Made by a program: the position numbers and the translations under genes. A stretch of 64,000 nt of DNA from the NCBI GenBank assembly GCA_030704615.1, contig CM060733.1, positions 7,812,001-7,876,000 on the forward strand, written 5' to 3'. Below, piece by piece: positions 10,922 to 24,803 of this stretch (position 1 is the stretch's first letter; every line of letters begins with the position of its first letter). The notes below the pieces were generated by a model, which saw only the letters and a program-made list of their open reading frames with translations, ran no database searches and was not told the DNA's origin. The stretch is from Takakia lepidozioides (taxonomy: Eukaryota; Plantae; Bryophyta).

Positions 10922-12497
10922 TACCATAGCCAACTGTGCTTTTCCGTAATTTTAGAGTTGGCCACTCTCAAACGCAACCATGTTGTCTCCCCCAAGTTTT
11001 TGTTTAAAGAGAGATTCTGCGATGAGCGTTTTGGAGATGTGAAGGCACTCGCATGCTATGGCCTGCTTTGGAATTCACAGATGGTCTTTACTTAGAAGTA
11101 TTGAATGTAGTTTCTTTTGTCTGCAACAGATCGCTGTGTATAGCTAGATTTACTCGTCTCCTCCAAGTTTGTTTGAAAGAGTGATTTTGCGATGACAATT
11201 TTGGAGATGTGAAGGCACTCGCATCCCGGCCTCTTTTCACTACCATAGCCAACTATACTTTTCCGTAATTTTAGAGTTGGCCACTCTCAAACGCAACCAT
11301 GTTGTCTCCTCCAAGTTTTTGCTTAAAGAGTGATTCTGCGATGAGCGTTTTGGAGATGTGAAGGCACTCGCATGCTATGGTCTGCTTTGGAATTCACAGA
11401 TGGTCTTTACTTAGAAGTATTGAATGTAGTTTCTTTTGTCTGCAACAGATCGCTGTGTATAGCTAGATTTACTCGTCTCCTCCAAGTTTGTTTGAAAGAG
11501 TGATTTTGCGATGACAATTTTGGAGTTGTGAAGGCACTCGCATCCCGGCCTCTTTTGGAGTTCACAAAAGTGATGCTCTTTACTTAGACATATACTGAAT
11601 GTAGTTTCTTTTGTCAGCAGCAGATCGCTATGTCCAAAATAGCTAGATTTACTCGTCTCCTCCAAGTTTGTTTGAAAGTGTAATTTTGCGATGACAATTT
11701 TGGAGATGTGAAGGCACTCACATCCGGGCCTCTTTTGGAGTTCACAGTGATGGTCTTTACTTAGATATATACTGAATGTAGTTTCTTTTGTCTGCAACAG
11801 ATCGCTGTGTCCACAATAGCTAGATTTACTCTTTCTCCCAAATGCTGCAAGCTTTCAAGGTCTCTTTACAACTTGCTTCAGGTAGTTGCTAATATACGAT
11901 GGGTTGTGAAAAACAAGGACACTACCTGTGGGCTCCTCCACTTTACTTAGATATCTACTGAATGTAGTTTCTTTTGTCAGCAACAGATCGCTGTGTCCAC
12001 AACAGCTAGATTTACTCTTTCTCCGAAATGCTGCAAGCTTTCAAGGTCTCTTTACAACTTGCTTCAGGCACTAGCTAATACACGACAGGTTGTGAAAAAC
12101 AAGGAGACTACCTGTGGGCTCCTCCACTTTACTTAGATATATACTGAATGTAGTTTCTTTTGTCAGCAACAGATCGCTGTGTCCACAATAGCTAGATTTA
12201 CTCTTTCTCCCTAGTGCTGCAAGCTTTCAAGGTCTCTTTACAACTTGCTTCAGGTACTTGCTAATACACGATAGGTTGTGAAAAACAAGGAGACTACCTG
12301 TGGGCTCCTCCACTTTACTTAGATATATACTGAATGTAGTTTCTTTTGTCAGCAACAGATCACTTTGTCCATAGCAGCTAGATTTACTTTCTCCCAAGTG
12401 CTGCAAGCTTTCAAGGTCTCTTTACAACTTGCTTCAGGTACTTGCTGATATACGATAGGTTGTGAAAAACAAGGAGACTACCTGTGGGCTCCTCCAC
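10922..12497. repeat. Modular tandem array: a ~320-bp unit x2, then ~180-bp and ~186-bp units sharing a ~75-bp core present 7 times
   Basis: The core TTTACTTAGA...TGAATGTAGTTTCTTTTGTC.GCAACAGATCGCTGTG...AGCTAGATTTACTC occurs at ~11088, 11407, 11579, 11756, 11942, 12128 and 12313. Confidence 0.92.
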
Positions 12498-12786
12498 TGG
12501 CAAGCTTTCTTCGTTCTTCCTCTCCCAGGATTAAGAATAGCAAACACAACAAAATCTACAGATCGTTCCTACCATTTCCTGCCTGAATTCTCCCATCTAG
12601 ATCCACCTACAGGTGCCGGTAAGTGTGAAGAGATTGATGACAGCACTTCAGGGTCATCGCAGTAGCAAACTGGGTTTGCTACATCAAGCGAGCACATGCC
12701 CTGTAGTCTCCATGCTCACCCCTTTCCACAAGGAGGTCCACTTGTTTGTTTCTTCGTCTCTTCCACAAATATTGACCAGTGACAAG

Positions 12787-14834
12787 TTATAAGGGTACCC
12801 CAAATTCTTTGCTGTTGGGGGTGGGGTGCACAGGCCCAAATCGTCGGAAGAGCTGGAAGGCAGAAATGGCACCCGAGCACCCAACTACCCCAACAGCCAC
12901 CAAGCTGAGTGTGACTGAGGCCCCCACTTGATTACAGTACTTCCCGTAGTTGGAGCAATGCTCATTCCAGCCTACGCTGTTTATACCAGTTTTGGCAATG
13001 TTCCCAACCTCGGCACACGCTCCTACACTTGCGAGAAGCACATATGCGAACACCTGCAGCATGATGAAATGTTCAGTCCACAGGGTCATGTCCGTGACAA
13101 CAGCAGATCTAGGCAACCAGCTACACGCTACTCTCATGTTCCCATTCTTGACAATTAGATCCCTGCTCACAACTTAGCTGAGAAGGAGAAGGACACAGAG
13201 TTTGAAAACCCCCAGGAGTGAGGCAGGCGAGCAAACCAAAAGCGAGATTGCCTTCGAACTCAAAGAAAATCGTCAACGTCCGGAATTGTCCCTACTCGGC
13301 GTGCCATGCTAGAGGCGCTCATCTAGTGGGGGGTCAATCATGCCAACAAAGGCTATGTTATCTACAGCCTTTATCGATGTTTTTAGCTATAACCTGGGCT
13401 ACAAAGCATAACGCTAGCCAGCCATTGTTGACAACAGAGGCCCGCCTTCGAATTGAGCCAGCTATCCTCATGAGTCAGACTGGCTGGCGTACCTGATCAA
13501 AGAGGAACATGCACCACGCTGCTGGCAAGGTCATCTCCTCACCCAAACGACTGAGAAGGCTGCACAGGGCGACGGTGGCTAGTACCAACGTGTATCCAGC
13601 GACAATGCCGTTGATATAGACATGGTATCTGCATGGCCTCCACAGTCCATCATTGTGAAAAAAAGGAGAAGCGAACAGATGAATCGGCATCACCAAGCGA
13701 CGGCCAGAGCTAGCAAGACCATTAGGACATACGACATAATGTTACTGCATATTGTTACGGCATCTCTCATACATCAAGCTGCACGAGTGTTTTACGCAAG
13801 TAGGAACTCAATAGTACTTCCTAGGAACAGGTCCGATGAACGAAAGTCTGATGAAACGAAATGGGCCTTGTAGTCGACGCAGGAAGAAGTTTTCTGAGCA
13901 GCCTTCTCGGTTAGAGAAGGCGCTGACATGTTGCCATGCTTCATTCAGGACTCATCTGGCAAACCAAAAAATAGTGCCATTTTGCGGGGCACGAATGACG
14001 TGACAGGACGCTTATGCTGCTTTACCAAGTCACTTGCGTTTAGAATGTTCTCAAACAGCCGTCAGGAAGAGAAATTATTTACACCATTCCAAAATTTTGT
14101 ACAAGCACCAGCAATGCTGGATGCCATATTTGTTCAAGTGGATTGGAATGCTTGTTTGGAGCCATGAACCGGCTTTAAACATCGGTCAGTGGGGAAAGTT
14201 AAACAACAGAAGAGGTAGAAATGTTGTCTTCGATGTGCAGCAGACTTCGGCTACAAGGAAGTTTAGAACTTTAGGACAGAGGAAGCACACTACCGCTTGG
14301 TCACTGAATCCTGCCTGAGCGTGCATACATGTGTCTGTAGAGAAGATAGGGTGGTGGACACACTGGCGTGTAGTTATAGGATATAACTGGATAACTGCAT
14401 ACCAACCGAAAATGGTAGCCGGGAGGTGCACAGGGCCACATCCCTTGACATTGCCGAAGACGCACACCTACATATTGATCATCATCCTTCACAGCATTCC
14501 CACAAACTGTTCAAAGGGGCAAAGGAGAGAGAGAGACTATTTCTCACATGAAGGCTTTGATGTCTGTGTACTTAGACTCGTGGACAATTTTGATGTCCTG
14601 TCCCAGGGAAGGCAGATAGAGCGTTGTCGATGAAACCTCCTTAGCTGTCGCCATCGATATCGCAGCAGCTATAGTCAATCCAAGAGCTAATATCCGCAAC
14701 AAGACAGCAGCCACCTTCACATTCCTCTCCTTGCTCAGGCATGTGGTACTATGGGTGATGGGGATGTTGCCCGGGCTCGGGGTATTGTAGGCTAGTGCCC
14801 TCTCCATGTTATCCGACTTGTCTCCAACACCCAT
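12787..14834 (-). CDS. CASPL: CASP-like (DUF588/MARVEL) four-TM protein, 3 exons (14834-14548, 13628-13493, 13053-12787)
   Basis: LLRILALGLTIAAAISMAT; KYTDIKAF; NGIVAGY; FLFDQ/VFAYVLLA; W...C..YGKYCNQVGAS. GT-AG introns have consistent phases. Confidence 0.9.
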
Positions 14835-16024
14835 TCCTGGAGTCTGATGGGGACTATGTCAAGACTACAGAGAGCTTCCCACAACGCGGACCCCTGCCTA
14901 ACAATCCTCCTCTAAGCCGAGATCTGGGGAGAACTTGTATTCAAAGCGTCGGGCCTCAGAACACACACTACTGCGGCTTCGACTGGAAGAAAGTGGCAGC
15001 CTTCTGGCCGTTGGGTAGAAACATATTACCTTGGCAGACGAGGCCAGGGTGGGAGAAGCTAATAAATGTCCGCAAGCCTATGTTGGGACCTGTGATTGGC
15101 TCTTTGGTTTTTAGCAAGGGATCCCTTAAATGGAGATTCCATGGATGGTGTATGATCAAAAAGCAAATATGTATAGTACACAGATGTAGCTGGAGTCCTT
15201 TGCCAGTAACGGAACGGCATTGTGGACCTGTAGGCTACCATTCAATTTGGTGGCCAGTCACAAGCATGGTGTGCAGTGTTTGCCACTTCCTATGTACATA
15301 TTATGGACCTGAAATTGGGTTAGGTAGGAATCCATCAATCTTCCATCCATAATTGTGGGTATCCTTCAGGACAGTCCATCTAGCAATGTGCAGACGTACA
15401 GACATCTCATGATCACAATTGTGCAACCTGGACTCTTGAGTCACTCTATCTCACAAAAAACTCGCGAAGACCATCAACCGAGCGTTTAGTGGGTCGGTGA
15501 GTGATGTCTGTCCTCAAGCTTCTGCCATCTCATGCAATGAGATATGATGACCTTCATTCAATGCTCTTAATGCTTCTATGATTGAAACCCATAACTCACA
15601 TAAAAACAATGTTGAAACAAGGAACCCAAGTAACTCGAGTCCATGAAAGCTTGCACTCCCAGTACTAATAATAACTCTACATCTGACCAGTTTCTAAAAA
15701 TCTCGCGGCTGCTGTGAATCCCAAGCTTGAAGTAGCTGATCAGCAGGAGTGAGCTGTCTGGTGCTGTAATGAGGTTAGTTGGAAAGGGATACTTTTACTG
15801 CAATGGCGCTTGGCAGCCTCCATAACTGCAATATTTATCGGCGTGTCAGCTCTTTCAAATGCCAGGTGCACGAGGATGGAATATCCGTTCGCTTCTGTCC
15901 TACCGAACTGACTCCATGTTTACTTTCTGTATCTCTGTTTTTCCATGCAGTGTAGTAGGAGGGAGTTTCGCAGGGGCTGACCAAATGGGGTCCATTTCAG
16001 GGTTTGGGGTTTAGCTACGCAGCG

Positions 16025-16624
16025 ATGGCGGGCTTGAGGGCAGCTGCACCCGGGCTGGCTATGGCGCCGCAGTGGGCGCTTGCTCCTCCCAAGTACCCAG
16101 CCAGTTCGAAGCAAAGCGCGGGCACGCAGCTGGGTTTCTCATCACGACCCAAGACCCTCTCCCTCTCCTGGTCCGCATCTTTTAGTTCAGGGCAACTGTA
16201 CTCTGTGGCAGCTCCAATAATCAGATGCAGGACTCCAGTGGTGGTACAAGCGGCCTGGACACGAAGATCCAAGGGGCAGCCAGCGAAGAATAAGAAGTCG
16301 TGGAAACAACGGACAGAAAAGTTCTTCAAACCTTTCATGCTGAATGTGTTTATCAGCTCCAAGTATGTACATGCTAAGATTATGCATCGGGTGACTAGTA
16401 GAGTGGTCTCTGTTGCAACCACTAATGCCAGAGATCTTAGGCTTTCGTTACACGCTTTGAATGATATGAATGCTTGCAAGGTTATAGGGAGGCTTATCGC
16501 TGAGCGGGCCATTGAGGCAGATGTATATGCAGTGGCCTTCGAGCTTCGCAAGGGTGAGAAATTAGAAGGCAAACTGGCTGCTGTCATTGATGCTGCCGTT
16601 GAGCATGGTCTTTCTTTGGTCTAG
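16025..16624 (+). CDS. Organellar (probably plastid) ribosomal protein uL18-like family protein
   Basis: Ser/Ala-rich transit peptide; KKSWKQRT..F.KPFMLNVFIS.KYVHAKIMHR.TS.VVSVATTNA, ACKVIGRLIAERA.EADV, GKL. A 5'UTR intron acceptor lies at ~16000. Confidence 0.88.
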   Translation: MAGLRAAAPGLAMAPQWALAPPKYPASSKQSAGTQLGFSSRPKTLSLSWSASFSSGQLYSVAAPIIRCRTPVVVQAAWTRRSKGQPAKNKKSWKQRTEKFFKPFMLNVFISSKYVHAKIMHRVTSRVVSVATTNARDLRLSLHALNDMNACKVIGRLIAERAIEADVYAVAFELRKGEKLEGKLAAVIDAAVEHGLSLV

Positions 16625-18325
16625 TCTGTCTGTCTCTCTTTCTCTGTTTCTCTCTCTCTCTGTGCAGAATCCATTGGCATCTATGTGTCACCAGCGGTAT
16701 ACAACGTGGTTGGCAGTCAATTTCGACGAATAACAGTTTCCTGTATGCGAAATGAAAGTGGAAACTGCTGTATGAAATTAGTGGCTATGGACTCTGAGTC
16801 TCACTTGAGTGGCTTTCGAAGCTTTTCTTCCTCCCCAAATGGTCTCCTGTTAGCAGTGGGAGCGCCAAGGAAGTTCTCAATACCCTTGTGGACTGTACCC
16901 TATTAGAGTTCTCTGAGGCGAAGTAATTTCTTAGGTACTGTCCTGAGGTTATGTTGTAGGCTTGAATGGAGTCTAGGTAGCTGCAGATGTATACTGTAAC
17001 CTAATAATTCCAGGAGTGTTGAAGCCAGTTTTGGCAAGACTATAGTCTCTTACTGAGATTCCATCAAATCTGAGCCAAAATTGTTTGGTATATTGGGGCC
17101 TCTAATTCAATTCAGGCTGTAATCACAAATCCCACTTGTATAATAGAAGGTCAGGGTAGAGAACTATCCTTCTGCCAACCACAATGCTCTGTTGATGAAG
17201 GGATTTGTCCGCGAAGGAGGCTTTTTCGAAGCAGCATGAAGTGGAGAGAGAGAGAGTTGACAGCAGGATATTAATGCTTCTATAGCAGGCTGAGGGACCC
17301 AGAATGAGGTATGGAAACCCAACCCTAAATTGCCTTAGAGTGCACATCAGATCCCGAAGGCAGACCTTTTTCATGCATACCAGCAAGATCTATGCTTGAA
17401 ACAAGGGTAGGGCGAATTGGAAATGCATGGAAAGCATGGAAAGTGTAGATCATTATATTCTCATTGTCGTAAACAATTGTGGTGAGGCACTGATGGGAAT
17501 GAGGTGTGAGGACCAATCAGAGACGGAGGTTTCGTTGATCTAAACAGTTTTGTCCAGATGCATCATGGGCTAGGAACTTCCTTGAAAGTGAAAAGGACTT
17601 GTACTCTAGCATTTGCATATATGTTGGCGGCATTCAAATCCTCAACACCCAAAACAGTACTCACTAGAAGAGAGCAGAGAGAGAGAGATGGGCTTTGTGC
17701 AGTATTAGTAAAATAGCAATGGAAGGGAAAAGAGAGAACAGAGAAAAGGTGTCCAGGTACTCGTGTGAGAGACTTGCCAGATGCAGGAAGAGAGTCATCA
17801 GGTGGGATGCGACTGTGTGATGTTGGCACACGCCCAAAGATTTTAGTTAAACCACCCGACCACCTCAGAATGCCCTGAGTTTGAGGATGATGATGTCACC
17901 ATTTGGTGTTCCTCATTTGGGAGAGCTAAATAAGAAATTTTATCTTGGTTGTGCTCCGAATATGAGGGTGGGTTTATTTGGTCTCACCCAAATGAAAGGT
18001 CTTAAACGCGATGTACAAAAGACCAGGCTCTTATTCCATATACTTGTAAATTTATCACATTTTCGATTTGGTATGGTTGAAATTTGAAATCATAATCCAA
18101 TCAGGGTGCAATTGGTGCACTTATCTATGCCGATACTAAAAGACATTTTGGAATTCGAATGTTTGTATTCCTTTAAACCAGGTGCTGGAATTGTGTGGTG
18201 GGGTTTCAACTTCCCACCTTCAATACTGCAAGCACATGGGAACCTCTTCTGTCTCATCTGTAGTGTTGGCAAGATGTAATGTTCAAGCAAGATGTAAAAG
18301 TAAGCCCTTTTATTGAATCAATTGT

Positions 18326-21300
18326 CTACAACTCTCCTTGTTGGTCTTCACTGGAATATGGCCCCCAGACAGCTTCAGGAGGAGGTTTTGCCGGTTGGTC
18401 TCTTCCAAGTGGGAACTTGAAAAATGAATCGGATATTACTGATAGGAAAAATCCGTAAAACAGGAATGCTGAAAGAAGTATCATTGCCGCCAATAATGTA
18501 TACAGTTGCCATTCTGGAAAAAGAAGACACACTCGCATACTTAATATGGCATTCCCCCAAATGTAGAACCCATAAACTATCCATTGATGGATCTGTGTTT
18601 GCTGTGCAATTCAAGTTAGGCATGAGAACTTCATCACACATACACTATCTCTCGCATCCTCCCCACACTCACATGCCGTTTATTGCTACTGCAATGCAAG
18701 CATAGCAAAGTTCATCTGTGTGACCTACCTTCTTCCTCACATCTCCAATCTCAAGTGCAGTAAATGTTAAGCAGTGATCTGGAGGATTGCTCCAATAGCA
18801 CTGCTGATATCTTCGTAAGTACTCCTCAATCTGGTTTGTAATCAATTTTTACCTTGTCGCAGTTGCCCATACATACCACCTCTCCACCAGCTCAATTAGA
18901 CCTAAAATTGATGGATAGTGCTGCATGCACAACAGAAACCAAAAAGAATGGCGGGTTACCTTTCCATTCGCCTTTATTGAGTGCACTGACACGGGCACTT
19001 GAATCTGCCCCTGTAGACAATAATGCCCTGCAAGAGGCCAACAAATCCACAGGTTGATAAACCAGACAGTGATGGAGGAGCTGTCTAAGCGTAATACCAT
19101 CCATTCACTTGTGTGGCCCAATTCTCCCGTAGACTCACAATCCTAGTGATGTGCTTGGGCATAGGAATGCCCCCCACCCACCTGGATCAATCACATTGCA
19201 AACTCTTCAATTTAGGAAATCTAACTTGATGAAGTTTGTCCTGGACATCTGATGTACAAATAATCATCAACATAGACACCCTGGCCCACATAGACCTGTG
19301 GCAGTGTATGAGCTGTCAAATTGAAAGTGAGACAATGAACTTGAAAAGGAAATTGATACAGTGACTCTGAATACCCGAAGACACTCCCACAAAAAGCAAC
19401 TCTACTAATGTAGTCATTTCGAGCAAATGGTCCCTTATGTTGAAGGGACAACAAAAAGCAACTCTAATAATGTAGGCCTTTCAACTGATGGTTCCTTGTG
19501 TTGAAGGGACAACAAAAAGTAACTCTAATAATGTAGTCGTTTCGACCGAATGGTCCATTATGTTGAAGAAAACAGAAGGAAAGATGGAAGAGCAGCACTC
19601 CCACCATCCAAGACCTTCCTAGAGATCTGAACTAGGCTCCTCACATGAATTGATTTGGAGAACTGAGCAAAGACTGTGGGGGGTTTTTATTAACAATTCG
19701 AACCTATTTGCTAAACACATCACAACACCGCAAGTAGTCACAACACCAAAACACCAGGGTTGCTTGCTCACTCACTTCCGATTCCGAGAGAACTCCAGAG
19801 CTGTAACAGAAGTCACATGGGCATTTCCAACCCGATGTCGAACTGTCATGGACTTCACATCCACTACCGAAATGTCACCTTCTGTGCTTCCTCTGCATAC
19901 ATATCAGCATGTCATACCATCAGTATACTTGAATACACAAGTCTTTAAAGCTATGGTGTCTGAATGTGAGTTGCGATGTACTCATTGACCCTGTGAACAT
20001 TGGCTATGACATACCCTTGTGCGGCTATGAACTCTCCTGGGCCAATTGTGGGGTTTTCATTGACCATGGTAGACAGTAGGCTGAACATTGCCAGAGCACT
20101 CACGACAATAATATAAATATAGGATCAAGTGTGGGGAGGGCTAGTGTCATTTCGTTCTAGAAAACATGACAAACTGTAGCCCACATGTATGGCTGTCTTT
20201 GCATCGTTCATCACATGAAGTCTGGCTGCAACAGACGCAGCAAGTGTGGCCGTAGCTGTCCAATTCTCTCAGTGCGGACCAGAGGGTAAGTCACAGAGAG
20301 ACAACCAAGAAGATGACGGAAAAAGAAAGAGAATGTACTCAACCCAAAGCCACTTTCATCACATAGAAGCAGAGTCAGAAGTCACCAACAGGCAGTTGAC
20401 ACCAGTAACACGGTTATACTCTGGCTAAATACACAATTTCATGAACTTCGATGTGGAGCTGCATGAACACAAAAGGACCTGGATTAAGATTATACACAAG
20501 GGACGGTAAAGAGGGGTAAAAGTGAGCATACATGGCTAGGAATTTGCCATCACGAGATATGGCAAAGGCAGAGAGGGGATGCTCTTCAAAAAATTTGAAC
20601 CCCACTTTGCTCCAATCACTCATATCCCAGACACCTATGAGACCTCTTCGACCTGCTCCTCCCTTGAAAACAAAATGTGACATGAGAAGCAATGTTCAAA
20701 CCAAACCAACAACTAAATTCTGGTTAACAAATACTGCTTGGGTATCACAAGACACACCTAGAGGAATGAATTAAAAAAATTGCATCCACCAATCCCAAGG
20801 TTCCGCTCTCTATATCGAATAGGGCTCTCTGACTCCTTCCTCTGTTGAGCTCTACAATCTGATGGACTTCCCATTCAACTGACACATCATCCTATCCAGT
20901 AGTGATCGATGGGGCTAATGGGGAGAGGTTGCCTACCCAGCCCCAACGTGGGGATACCCTTTCTGTGATCTTTGCCAAGCCCCTGTGAAAGCAAGTTATA
21001 GACCGCAGCCTTCACATATCATACCCCAGCCCTCTGCGGGAATAATACAGTTTTCAAGCTAGGAGATTTAACAAGCTTCAGTGGGGCAACCATGGCTGAA
21101 CAACTTCCCATTGGTGACAGAAGCTCTAATAGATGGGTTGATTTGTGATATCACAAGAGTGCAATCAGACTCACACACACCTTTTGCTACTGTGACAAAC
21201 AAAAATGGTTTTGTTGGATCTCGTGAAAATCTGCAGTAGCCAAACTTTTCATCCTGTACATAGAAGACGTGACCAAGATTAGCGACCACAGCTAAGAGAG

Positions 21301-24300
21301 AAGCACAGACGAGATGACAAATTGTTAACCTTTAAGACTTTGATTACTGTAGCGCGTCTCTTCCTAATGCTACATTGCAACCTCCAACAAGTGCAACCAA
21401 GAGGAGAAAGACCAAAGCAAGACCAAAGTTTTACCTTCTCATGGGATAAAGCAGTCACAGGAGCAACCTTGGAGAGGTCCCATACACGGCATGCACCATC
21501 CTCAGCAGTTGAGGCTAGGAATGCCGAGTCCAAGCTGTGGCCACCAGATCCAAACAAGAGCCGAAACAAGTAATTGACACACAGGAGATGTGATCAGGCA
21601 AGTGTGGGCCCCACTATTCTACAGGGTTGCCTATCAAGTAGGATTGGGCATTCAGCCTCCCCTGGCAACTCCCAAAGGGAAGACCTAGCACCAGAAATTT
21701 ATTTCTGGCTATCACCTCCTTCGAAATAGAGAGAGGAATACAAGGAGAGAAAGGAGTTTGGTCTTCCTTGTATTGATAGTGCTGGGGGCCCATGAAGGTC
21801 TTTATCCACAAAGGTTGTGACAATCGGCCATCTGGAACGAACAACCTTCCACCTACATTAAGCTGTTCTATTCAAAAGATAGTGTAAACTTAATTTGACA
21901 GGAGACATCCAGGAGAAAAGAGGCATGTGAGGTGCCCCAGGTTTGAGGTACACATGGGGTACCCAAACTGGGTATCCAATGAGGTACTGCCTTAGGTGTA
22001 AATCTTGACAAGTTCCCCATAAGTCCCTATCTTGCTGTCCTCTAGCCTATGACAGACTGAGTTACTTTAAATGGAAACACCTGAAAGTCTACTGTGGTCT
22101 AAAACTGGATTGGTATGATTGGAACACAGCTAGCAGCAATTAAGATAACCCTCAAAGAAAAAACCTGGGTAAAGTATCACCCATGACCATTTCAAGAGTT
22201 GAGAAGCCTATATTGTATGTGATACCTGAAGTCAAGATCTTGAATGCAGCGGTGAGCCTGAGGTTCATCCAGAACTACATGCAAGCTGGGCCATTGAAAT
22301 ACCCGGAGGTGTCCATCCTGCAATCCACACACTGTGAGTAAAATCTCCTCATCTTGTCTCTGTCTCTCTCTCCTTGCCCCACATTGTTCCTAAAGAGGGC
22401 CCTTCTTCTAATCCTCTTCCACAATCAATGGACGAGAATTGAAAGACTTAAGACCACATGGGCAACGTTCCTCAAAAGCATGGCACCCGGGAAGGTCCTT
22501 TGCACAAGAACCTCCCCTATACAATTAACTTGCAGGCTGCTTTCTCCACTTAAGCAGCCATTGATTGCTTCAAGGAAATATCTTAGTCACTAGTTTATCT
22601 GCTTTGCGACTGCACCACATGTAGGCCTGGAGAATTAATACCTTCCCCCCTGCAGCAAACAAGGAACCATCACCACTAAACATCAAGCAGTTTTGAGCAC
22701 CAATGCCTTGCAGAAGAAGAAGCTCCCTCTTGGATGCTTCCACCTTGGACTTGTCTGCATTTTGCATCTCAAACAGCCTGCCAAGAAGCCCTACATGTTC
22801 TAGATCAGACCTGATCCAAAAGCATACAACTTTCATGCCCCCCCTTTCAACATGTGATGTGCAGTTGTTCTCTGTCGGTGTGTATGTGTCTCTGTCTGTC
22901 TCTATTTATCAATCATTATTTCTTCACATCCATGTACTGCATCACATCTGTTGAGTCTTGAGTATCCCCGGCCATCCCTACAGTGTCACTGGTAGAACAA
23001 TTTCAGCTAGATGCGTCAGCGAGAAAGCTTTCCCTCTTTAGAGTTCATGCACATCCTTAGCACCACCAAACTCCTCACTAGTCTCTGGATTGTCATGCAT
23101 GCTATCTACATGACTAATCGCATGGGATTGACCAGCTTGAGCTCCCTTTGCTAGAATGCACAAAAAGGCCGATGCATGCCATCCTGGCACCATCTCCTCA
23201 TCCGTCTCACCATGCCACCGACAACTACAACCACAATGTCAAATAGTTATCAGCGCTCCGTGTAAGGTCAAACTACATTGGACTTAATTGCTTATAGTCC
23301 CCCACGGATGGATCGGACAAAATTTAGTAGTAGCAGGGGTACTAAGCCCAAACTGTAGGAGTAGCAGTGAGATCAAGAAATGACCAATAAGCACCTCTCC
23401 CTCCTTTGCCCAGAGACATATACATTCGAGTGCAATGCATAATGCACAGTTAAAATATAAGGAAGGTTTGAATGTCACTTACCTGCAGTTGTTCAGAAAG
23501 GAGCAAATGATTCCATCACCCCCGGGATGAACTGCCATTCTTAGTGGTGGGCCCTCCTCTGTCCCCAGAGCATAGATCTGTACCACATACCCACAAGTCA
23601 TTCAATTGCCAAACACACACAAGAGCCTCCCTCCTCTTTCTCTCTGCAGTTTGCAGGATTGCAGAATATTCTCAATCTGACAGATCACAGTGAAATAGAA
23701 TCCTAATCCATTTTCCTTTCTTTTCAAGAAGGTACAAGGCTTTAGGTGTGTTAAATAACAAAACTGTAGCAGGTGCCACCAGGCCTTTATCAGGAACGAG
23801 GCAACCTCACAACAATGGTTCACAATTCGACATACACCTCCCAAGCAACGTAAAAGGTAGAAACTCCAGACAGCATTTCTTTTGGTTCTATAAATTTAGA
23901 CAAGTTGGTGAAGTTGTAGGTTTTCAGAAATGTAGATGACTCTACTTCGAAATTAGCTTGTAACCAAACAATCTACCGCAGAAATTATTGAATGCTTCAT
24001 GCGCATTTAATTAATGCCTTAGAAGGCTCAACAATGCGCCTTCATGCTAGTCAACTATACTACGATTGCAGATCCTCAAAGACCCAAAATCAACAAATGA
24101 AAAACAAAGGAATTGGGAATTACAGTGTCGGAAAGCTCGTGATCATCAAATTCATACTGGGTAACGGCCAGACCGGTGACGACCTCATTCTCTTTGCCGC
24201 CATCTCCCCGTCCGAAGAGGACATAGGCAGATGACCCTACTTTCCCAGCTGCCCAGGCGGCACACATCAGCGGGGCCTCCTCATTCCTTGTCCCCCTCAA

Positions 24301-24321
24301 GTAGCTGATCCGCTTACTCAT
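18326..24321 (-). CDS. PHF1: SEC12-like WD40 protein PHOSPHATE TRANSPORTER TRAFFIC FACILITATOR 1, ~10 exons
   Basis: Exons encode MAVHPGGDG, FSGDGSLFAAGG/DGHLRVFQWPS, SLDSAFLAST, CRFSRD.TKPFLF and ISRDGKFLA. The C-terminus EWK/EWQLY...TM...SDSFFKFPLGRDQ is characteristic of PHF1. Confidence 0.88.
19391..19570. repeat. ~61-bp tandem repeat x3 in a PHF1 intron
   Basis: AAAAAG(C/T)AACTCTA.TAATGTAG...ATGGT.C.TT.TGTTGAAG repeated at ~19391, 19453 and 19513. Confidence 0.85.
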
Positions 24322-24523
24322 GATGAATGCTGACGATGGTAATGAGGATGATGCAGATTACGAATATCAATTCTGACAAGGCGTGTGCGTCTACCTCAAA
24401 CCCCACAACCAATCCTCTCCCAAAAGAAAAATAATTGCAGACTGCCAATTGATCCAACCAATCCTTCTTTCTCGCTCTGTCTCTGAAACGCAAAACAATC
24501 CCACGGACTATCTCTTCCCCGGA

Positions 24524-24531
24524 GCATATGC
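24524..24531. promoter_or_regulatory. P1BS (PHR1-binding site, GNATATNC) ~200 bp upstream of the PHF1 ATG
   Basis: GCATATGC matches GNATATNC; PHF1 is a known phosphate-starvation-induced gene. Confidence 0.55.
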
Positions 24532-24720
24532 AAGCGCTTCCCCACACTCGAACACTTCCTTCCTCTCACTCCCTCCTCCGCAGCATCAGTCCAGTGATTC
24601 CGTTAGTAGTCACGTTTTCCGTTACCGTGCCCTACAGCAACTTTGCTTTTTTTTTTTTTTTTTTTGATTCTTTCTTAAAACCAAAACTGGCAATGTGATT
24701 GTGAAAATTACTAAGGCATA

Positions 24721-24803
24721 ACAGGTCAGTGGCCCGGTGGTAAAAACTAAAAACATCTTGTGCAATGGCCCGTTGGTCCGGGGTTCAAACTCCTGGGAGC
24801 TGT
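24721..24803 (+). mobile_element. tRNA-derived (SINE-head-like) sequence
   Basis: A-box-like TGGCCCGGTGG (24730-24740) and B-box GGTTCAAACTCC (24782-24793). The ends ACAGGTC/GAGCTGT pair 6/7, but there is no valid anticodon arm. Confidence 0.45.

Noticed and set aside
11411-11797. 128-aa repetitive ORF
   Set aside because: It arises from the tandem array, and the frame is not kept in neighbouring units.
16015-16587. 190-aa minus-strand ORF
   Set aside because: Antisense shadow of the uL18-like CDS.
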